DNA of 64,000 bases. Origin: Chrysomallon squamiferum (Eukaryota > Animalia > Mollusca). Location: NCBI GenBank assembly GCA_012295275.1, contig CM022679.1, positions 15,128,001 to 15,192,000 on the forward strand, read 5' to 3'. Made by a program: the position numbers and the translations under genes. The notes under the pieces were generated by a model. That model was given only the letters and a program-made list of their open reading frames with translations. It was not told the DNA's origin and made no database searches. The stretch's first letter is position 1. Each line of letters starts with the position of its first letter. This document shows, in pieces, positions 55,267 to 64,000 of the stretch.

Positions 55267-55321
55267 CTGTTCATTATAAACATCGTCCAGCGTCAGCAGC
55301 GACAGTTCCGGAATTGCTCAC

Positions 55322-55845
55322 AGAGGGGTCTGAAACAACCATGTACGACGACGAAGATGACGAGAGACGTGATTTCCTGTCACTCACGTGATACTGGGAA
55401 GAAGAAGAAGAAGAAGATAAAGAGTCTGAGACAGTTACTATGTCAGTTCTGTTTTGAGAATTTCCCAGCCTGCTTTCAGCAGTGACAAGGTAATTCTGGA
55501 GAATCTGCTTTGAAACCTCTGAATCCAGAGAGGCATTGGGGTCGTAACTGGCTGCTGTCGCTGTCAGCTGCTTGTCCAGTTCGATTAGGTCTTTTTCAGT
55601 GAGGGAGCTGAGCCCTTTCAGGGCCATCTGCTGACTGGCCACTGTGGCCAGGAGGAGTTTGTTGAAGGCAGAGTTAGCTATGGCTGCCGGGAAGCGGTTC
55701 TGCAGAACCAGGCTCACCGAGTCGTCTGTACTGATGTCTGTACTGGAGGACATCGTCGATATGTGGCTGTTGCTGATGCTGTTTATTTGGTTGTCGTCTT
55801 TCCTGTTGTGATGAAGTTTGCTGTCCCTTGATGTAGCTCTCCAGT
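55322..55845 (-). CDS. Upstream coding segment 1 (ATG at 55753; frame open back to acceptor at 55845)
   Basis: Acceptor ttttttaacttcaCAG|AC. Encodes MSSSTDISTDDSVSLVLQNRFPAAIANSAFNKLLLATVASQQMALKGL..., with coding-like GC content. The frame ends at TAA 55276-55274 unless spliced or shifted. Confidence 0.72.
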
Positions 55846-55884
55846 CTGTGAAGTTAAAAAAATATAGAAATATATATATATAAT

Positions 55885-56110
55885 TTTTAATGTAACGTGT
55901 ACAAATGTAAAACTTTTAGTAATATAAATGTAATCTCGACAAATCTGAATCTTTTATAACATTAAATGTAATGTCAATAAATTTGAAGCTTTTGTAATAA
56001 CAGAAAATGTAATTTCAGTAAATCTGAATATTTTAACAACATAAATGTAATGTTATAAATCTGAAGTATATAAAAATAATATGAACGTAATGTCTGTATA
56101 TTAAAATCTT
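55885..56110. repeat. Degenerate tandem repeat, about 40 bp
   Basis: aaatgtaat.t...aaatctgaa recurs about 5 times. Confidence 0.65.
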
Positions 56111-56882
56111 TCAGTACCATAGCGACAGATTTGTTTCTAATAGAATCTGTATGGTCATTAGCCAAATGTGTGGCATCACACAAGAGAGATTATAAACATG
56201 CTGTGTGCTTCATTAAACAACATGTTTCCTTCTTCCTCCTTGAGAATGCATTGCTATGACAACAGTGTTTATAATAGTACATTTATCAAATTTTCAAAAA
56301 CCATCTGTTAACCTTTCTTACAGAACAGAGAACAAGAAAGAACTTAGTTTGAAAATTAATATTTTAGATATGCTGGTTGTTTTGTTGTGGGTTTTTGCGT
56401 TGTTTTCTTTTTACATCATACAAAGTGAATGATGAATTACACATATTTGTTTGAAGATCATGTTAAAAAGCATGATTGTTACAGTTAATATGTTTGCAGA
56501 ACACGTTAGTTTATCAGCGAATGTAAATAAATAAAATATGTGGGTGTGTTACTAATATTATTAACTGCTTTCAATTTCTTAAATTCAGAGTTTAACATAA
56601 CATTACAAATAATGAAGTACATACTTATATACATACATACGTTTATATATTCATAGTTACATACACACATTCATACATACATACACATATGTATGCACAC
56701 ATGAATACATCAACATAAACACAACATACATTTACATCTGTACGCACATATATACCATAAAACATGCATATATATACAAACAGCACACTCACATCACAAA
56801 TATACATCTGTACAAACATGATTACCACACACATATAAATACATACATGCATACATCTGTACAAACATACATATATACCACT

Positions 56883-56939
<57 letters not shown>

Positions 56940-58032
56940 CTGTACAGACATACATGTACATAATGTACATACCACACACACACACACACACACAGACAAA
57001 CACACAAACCTACATATATATATATATATATCTGTACATCTATTTTTGAAATCAAGACACTAACAAATAGGTTAATGCTCAATACATGAAACTAAACAGA
57101 CCATGACCAAATAACCACACACACATATACCTACCTACATACATACATACATACATACATTTATATCACGATCTTACACTGTGTTAATAACACATTATTC
57201 AAACCACATGGGCTCACTTACAGTGATACCAGATATGATAATGATCAGGAAACAGAAACATTAACCAAACATATGAAAATACAAAATATATTAGCCAATG
57301 TATTTTTTGTGCCAAGATTATGGGTTAATGAGATATTAAAGTAAAAACACAAGATATTTATTATCTAGTTGAAGATATGTCTGTTGTTGATAATGATGAT
57401 GATGATGATGATGATAATGATGACTGATGATGATAATGACAACAATAATGATGACAGGATCACCACCATCATCAAGATGACAATGCCATTATATAAATAA
57501 AAAAAGAATTAATGAATAACATCTCAGTGCTTTTTGCCTATTAATGGTGATGTTGTACTCTGGAACACTGGTTAGACAGGTAAACAGGACTAAAGCCAGT
57601 AAAGGCCTATCAGGTCACGTTATACGAGAAAACCTCATCAGTTCAGGTATGCAGAGTCACAGCTGTTGTAATTCTTCATCGTGATAAAATCTGATTGTCT
57701 GTGATGTTTAAACTGTTGTATTAATGAATGAAAATTTAATGATATTTTTGCATTAATGGTTAACAATGTGTCAAACTTTTTAAATTGTACTGACAGTATC
57801 TCATTCAACAAATAAGCTTTTACAAGCATTTTCCCATAGACAGGAAATATTATTACTATTACTGCTGATGTTGATGCTGCTTCTGCTGCTGCTACTACCA
57901 CTACACCTATGATTGCTACAACTATTACTTTACTATAAAATATTCATTCTATAAATGTTAGCATTGCTGTATCAATATTTTCTTCATCATTCTCTATTAA
58001 TTTTGTTTTTAAATGTCTCTAATATATTTCAT

Positions 58033-58065
<33 letters not shown>

Positions 58066-58639
58066 AATAATAATTAGTAGTGTATAATAGTAGTAGTATA
58101 CAATGAACAACTATGCAGCTAATTACATTTAAACTTTAAGAGAAAACACTACACAGGTAATCTGCCTTTAATATTGACCTGCACCTCACAGAGGTAGTAA
58201 GTATTACAATTAAACAACACTAAGCTCAGTTTTAATGACCACACCAGTTCAAAAGTAAACCCAACGATCAAGACTCCCGAAGGACTTAAAAACTGTTCTT
58301 TAACTGTACTATTGTGCCAATACCGTTATTGCCACTGCCAATAGGAAAGAGCAATTCCTGAATTTCCAACGGCTAATCGAAAACACTTTTACAGTTCATT
58401 GTGTTAATAAGGGAACGGAACTGTGGCTTCCTATTTCCTAGAATCCACCAGTGTACAATAACAGATTGATTTTTTAACTTTTTATCTTAAGACATGTTTT
58501 CTGTAGGATCACTCACCACGTACAGCAGACAAGTGATATTTGCAGAAATCCAAATGGATTTTTTTTTTTTTTTTTGTAGATGCGGTCAAAATGTTGTTGG
58601 TGAATAAAAGAAAGCTGTTTCCCAGTTTGTTTTGTGTGT

Positions 58640-59250
58640 TATGATGTGTTAGAACACTGTACATTATAGGAATGGGTTTTCAGTATGTTTTGTTTTCTTT
58701 TAGGTATTCTCAGAATTCCATACATTAAATATGTTCTGACTTCTTAGAAATCAATGTATTATAAGAATGTTTACGATGTTTTGTTTACTTTGACATGTTC
58801 TCAGAATACTGTAAACAAGTATGTTAAGACTTCTTAGAAATCAATATATTACAGGAATGTTTACAATGTTTTGTTTACTCTGAAGTGTTCTTGGAATACT
58901 GTACATTACAGGAAATGTTTAAAGTATGTCATCACTTCTTAGAAAATTATATATTATAGGAATGTTCTTAATATGTTTTATTCTCAGAATACTGTATATT
59001 GCAGGACATTTTTTTAAATATGCATTCTATTCTTTTAGGTGATATATGAGAAGTGTATAACATAAGAAATTTGTTAAATATGTTATGACTTCTTTAGTTC
59101 TTAGACTAGAAAAAGTTAGAAAAAGGTTTTAATATGTCAGAATTTCATTCTGAAATTTTAGGAAATGTTTTAACAAGCCATTATTTCTTTTAAATGTTCT
59201 AAGAAAACAGTAATCCACAGGAAAGGTTTTAAATAGGTAATAATATTCTA
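58640..59250. repeat. Degenerate tandem repeat, about 90 bp
   Basis: gacttcttagaaatcaat.tatta.a.gaatgtttac.atgttttgtttact.tga..tgttct..gaatactgta at 58738 and 58828, plus decayed copies. Confidence 0.8.
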
Positions 59251-60319
59251 GTAAGAGTTCTCAAGTTTGCATTTCTTTCCAATATTCAGGAAAACTACAA
59301 AACATCATAGCAAAAGTTCAAAGTATTAAAATATTATTTATAAATAACCTGATTAAACAATCAATTTTTTAAAAATTTCAGTTTTAAATAAATAAATAAA
59401 TACCACCTCATGTAATTATGCCTCCCACATAACTTTCATTCTCATAAATTTTGTTATAACTCAATTAGCTTGTTTATCATCTAATTAGACTGTTCTCTTC
59501 TCTTTGACAGAAAAAACCAGTAATCGAGTTAAAACAGAAAATAAAATCTTTTACCTTCCTCTAGACATTATCCTGCTTGATTAAATTGTTTTAGAAGAGA
59601 TTTTCTGTGTCTCTATACATGTAAATCTGAAAGTGAGATGTTAACTTTCGTACAGTTTAAACGATCAGCATCTTCAATAAAACTGTTTTTATCATCATCA
59701 CTTTGCACTGGAGGTCAAAAGTCTCAGCATTTTCTTTTCTATCTTAATCTACCCTCTGCCAGATGATTCCATTCCAGTACTCATCAAGTTTATTCCTTTG
59801 TTGTTTCTCTGTTTTTCTCTAAATAGTTTTCTTTTGCATGGTTTCCAAGCAGTGACACATGAAAATTGGGCATTCATTCTAAAACACTCTATATGCAATA
59901 GCTGCAAAACTGTTATGATTGATCTCTCTTTCTCTCTTTTTCATTACCTTTTCTCCCATTTATCTCACTCATTCTTTCAGTATTACAATAAAATTTGAAA
60001 TATTATTAACTAGTCCATAGCAGAAATGTTTGAAGTTTAAAAGTTTTTTTTATATGAAACTTCCCGCTGAAAGGTAAGCAGCCAGCCTTTGAAAAAACAT
60101 CCAATACTTAGAATTGTAATTCAAAACTGAATATCTGGTCTTTACCTCAGGCCCAAATGATTTAACATAAAACCTTCAATAATTATCAGATACATAATGA
60201 TTTTTTTAACTTTTTTTTAGACTTCTAAAAGCATTTTAATATTAATGTCATTATGTTTGAAATACAATGCCTTATTACGTATTTTTATTTAGAATAAATC
60301 TTTGCTTCCATGATAAAAA

Positions 60320-60490
60320 TAGCCGTCAGTTGTTGTTTTTTGGGGGGGAAATAATCAGTCAGATTCGACACAATCCAATCAGTATTTCACAATACTGCAC
60401 ACACTTCATGTGTTCACACCGTGTATCCCAAGTGACGAAGAAAAACAATCAGCAGTTAACAAGAGTGACGTCACTGCACCAGGTTAAATA
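60320..60490. promoter_or_regulatory. Candidate regulatory element with palindromic CRE and CCAAT box
   Basis: AGTGACGTCACT 60464-60475, half-CRE GTGACG 60432 and CCAATCA 60375, with local CpG retention. Confidence 0.45.
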
Positions 60491-60772
60491 AACTAACCCA
60501 GTCTTCAAACACACAGTCAGCTTTGTAGCAGGGTTCAAAGATTTATTTCGAGTGTAAACTTTAATAAAACTTTAACGATTACTGATCCAGGATAAAGTCT
60601 AATGAATGTCACAATGTTAAATGAAACCACAACACATTTAATGATTATTTGTATGTCGCTTGTTTTAATGATGAGATGAAACCTGATGCTACCACTTACT
60701 TCATGGATTATTATTTTCAATAAGCAATAATTTGAATAAAGGACATTTTGCTCAAACTGTACCATAAGCATA

Positions 60773-60975
60773 AAGGAAGGAAGAAAATGTTTTATTTAAC
60801 AATGCTTTCATTCTATTTACTGTTATATGGTATTGGACATACAGATGAGCACCACTCAGATAATGAAAAGAGCAAACCATTGCTGCCTCTTCTGATTAGC
60901 AAGGGATCTTTTATCACTCCACATACAGGACAGTACATACAACAGCCTTTAATACACAAGTTGTTCAGCTCCTAT
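60773..60975 (-). mobile_element. Degenerate SINE (same family as 44046-44305)
   Basis: GGAAGGAAGAAAATGTTTTATTTAAC...GATTAGCAAGGGATCTTTTAT..CCACATACAGGACAGTACATAC. Confidence 0.8.
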
Positions 60976-61018
60976 TAGAAGACATAATAGATCAGTGGAT
61001 CATAAAAGTATTATCTAG

Positions 61019-61153
61019 TAGCAGCAAGAACTCATATGTATGCACCTTCCTACTGGCTGGAATAAATATGACACTGCTACTAATATTAGCAGCAAGGACT
61101 CATACACATGTACCTTCCTACTGGCTGGAACAAATATGACACTGCTACTAATA
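61019..61153. repeat. 68-bp tandem duplication, apparently SINE-derived
   Basis: tagcagcaag(a/g)actcata....tg.accttcctactggctggaa.aaatatgacactgctactaata, twice. Confidence 0.85.
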
Positions 61154-62204
61154 AACCAAGGACCTAACAGAAATAATACAGTTTGCTGATTGACCAAAAA
61201 CATCCTTCAAATCATTTCTTTTCTTGTTTTGCATAAATAATATTCTTTATAGTGCTGTTGAAAGTGAAACAATTCTCATAATTAACCAATTTAACAAGCT
61301 GAAGGACTCTGGTAGGAATAGGAAAAAGCCGCAGTGTGTACACCATGAAGAACTAATCTGCCCACAAATCACTTAGCTTCATTCAAGGTAACTCATAACA
61401 TAAACTATTTACTAACAATACTCATGCATATAATAGGACAATTTTACCGGCAATACTAATACCCATCAATGCCTTTTAAAATTTAATTTTCTTTAAAAAT
61501 AAATGACAGCAATATCTGCTCTATAATCAAATTAATTTATTTTTTTTGCACAATAATTAAAGATAATGCTAAATCCCCAAAGGTAAATAAGTTGTGTATT
61601 TTACAGAAAATGCGAGTGCTGGAATCTTCAGGGTGTTTTCTTTTCATCAAATATTTATGAAATGCAAGACTTTGAACGCTGGGGAAAAAAAAAAAAAAAA
61701 ATAAAGTTATAGGAAAGAAATTATTTTATTATGGGCATTTGCAATTAAACTGTCTGCTTGCATGCAGTGAAATTACTACACAACTGCAGAGAAGCTGAAA
61801 TACGTAACATATAAAATAAATTGCACTTCTGGGTCATTTAGTTCAATCATTTTAAAATGTGTCTTACATACATCAGATAATAATAATTATGGCTTTGAAA
61901 AAAGATGAAATAATAACAAGAAGAGGAGCACAAATTTTTATAGAAGAAACCTAAAATAAATGATATCATAGTACTACTTGACACATATATAATTAAACAT
62001 ACAGATCTACGTAGAGATAAACAGATAGCATTTATGTATGTGTATGTGTGTGTGTGTGTATACATACAGTAAATATATTTTAAAATTTAACTACAAATTA
62101 CACAGTTGCAATTCAGATGATTCCTGATTAAGCCCATTCAAATATTTATAAAACAAAAACAACAACCTTCTTAAGAGCTCTATACGTAAAATATCTACCA
62201 CCCC

Positions 62205-62522
62205 TCTAATGTTAAAATAAACCTGTTAAATTATAAACACCTTTTTGTAAAACAGACACTATCGCTTCATTCAGAATATATAAACTCATTTCAACTTTTC
62301 AAATAAACCCATCAAATTATGAACCACTTTTTTTATAAAATAAATACTACCCTTTTAACAAAATATCACCCACTGCAACATTCCAAATAAACCCATCAAA
62401 TTATGAACCCCTTTTTTGTAAAATAAATACTATCCTTTAACTAAATATATACCATCCAGTGCAACATTCCAAATAAACCCATCAAATTATGAACCCCTTT
62501 TTGGTAAAATAAATACTACCCC
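62205..62522. repeat. Tandem repeat, about 85 bp x3-4
   Basis: caaataaacccatcaaattatgaacc.ctttttt.taaaataaatacta at 62300, 62384 and 62470. Confidence 0.9.
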
Positions 62523-62904
62523 TTCACCCATACTCTAAACTGCTACCTCCTCCCTTCATCTGAAAGTGTAAAATGCTTCTTACTTCCCAGTAATAATCCT
62601 GAAGATCATACAACAAATTAGAAGTGGCAAAGAACAGTTGTAAAGTCCAAAGCCGCCAAGCTTAAATGTCAGACACATTTCTTCATAGCAACATTCAACA
62701 CAAACTTGCAATCAGAAATCCATTAAGAAATTTCGTAACATTTAGCAAGAAGAAGAAGAAGAAGAAGAAAAAAAGGAAATAAAAAAAAAATAAAACACAT
62801 TTCAACTGAGAAATGCAATCAGTGTAAGGTTCAGACAAGACAGATAAAGATGTTCTCTTCAGTACAGACGTACTAACTCACAGATTTTCTCTTTTACCTA
62901 AAAG

Positions 62905-64000
62905 ATGGAAGGTTCCTGAATCTAATCATCATATTGATTTTTTATTATCTAGGAAGCATGATAATTTATAACCATATGAACTTTTCTCTTAAAAATCTAG
63001 AGACATATTAACCTGGTATTTAAATAATTAATCATCTGACAGTTCCTGGAACAAACTGTGGTATTGGATTTTTAATCTAAAATTTTATTTGGAAGCATAA
63101 AACTACCATTTGAGATTTTGCAGAAAAATCTAGTGATAGATTAACCTAATATCTAAATATTAAATCATTTAAACTGTGATGATTCCTGGATCAAATTGTC
63201 ACATTTTTTTCTATCTTCAGTTATATTTGCAAGCATAAAGCACCATCAGAGATTTCTCTGAAAAATCTAATGACTTATTAACCTCACGTATAAATGTTAA
63301 ACCATGTAAATACTAAAGGTTCCTGGATTAAAGTCTGAGATTGATTTTTTATCTAAAGTTATTTTTTGAAGTATAAAATTACCATTTTAAGAAAAAAAAT
63401 TACAGACATATTACCAAACAGAAATCAAAACATTTACATAAAAAAACAATATTTCCAAAATTACTGATATTATTCTTATCCACCTAAGTTACTTTAGCAC
63501 AAATGTGTTCATCAGATGACAATCTGAAAATAGATTAATCTAAATGCTATATTAAATATCAAATATTATATTATTTAAAGACTGAATGTTTCTGAATCAA
63601 ATATGAAAAGAGTTTATTTATTTAAATATTATTTTATGAAACATATGTTTACCAATTCTCCGAAAAATCGAAAAATCTATTAAAATATCAGTAAATCTAA
63701 ATTTTAAATAATTTCAGTCTGTAATACTATACATAAAATTCTGATATTGGTTATTTTCAGTGTGAAATAATTTTAAGATACACATATCCACTTAGTGACC
63801 TTTTTAAAACACATCTTGACATATCCATAATGTGACATTTAAAAATCAAACCATCTGAATATTCAAGGTTCATGGATAAATTCTGACAGTTTTTTATTAT
63901 TTTTTTTTTTTTTTTTTTTTAGGGGAGGGGTTGACAGAAGTGTAAGGTTACACTTTCTCATAAAAACTGAGATACATTAAATCTAACATCTAAATATTAA
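62905..64000. repeat. Degenerate satellite-like array of 130-140 bp units, running off the window end
   Basis: gttcctgga ... tatct ... gaagcataaa.ctaccat ... aaaaatcta ... attaacct; anchors at 62911, 63041, 63181, 63318, 63588 and 63867. Confidence 0.8.

Noticed and set aside
55083-55283. Third-frame 66-aa ORF overlapping the frame-break region
   Set aside because: It connects to neither flanking frame nor splice site, and is most likely chance in GC-rich sequence.

Overview
AT-rich, CpG-depleted, microsatellite-laden animal genomic DNA; it is not prokaryotic. The SINE family recalled from memory suggests a gastropod mollusc (inference). One large minus-strand gene dominates the window: an NR1-subfamily nuclear receptor related to E75/Rev-erb, E78 and ROR/HR3. 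Six coding exons (27386 down to 8513) join in frame through canonical GT-AG sites and give 759 aa: a C4 zinc-finger DBD, a very long hinge and an LBD. Further upstream coding exons at 53.9-55.8 kb probably encode a long N-terminal domain. They carry a 12-aa Ser-Pro repeat and a frame break that a 55-nt mini-intron would repair. The most notable hidden signals are: a cluster of miR-36/35-family seed sites, plus miR-317 sites, in the putative 3'UTR; a hybrid receptor architecture; corepressor-type short motifs in the hinge; CRE/D-box and nuclear-receptor half-site islands in the introns; a Tigger4-like MITE; and a 134-bp AT quasi-palindrome. Most tracked ORFs are microsatellite artefacts. All family assignments come from reading the sequence and from memory; no database search was run.
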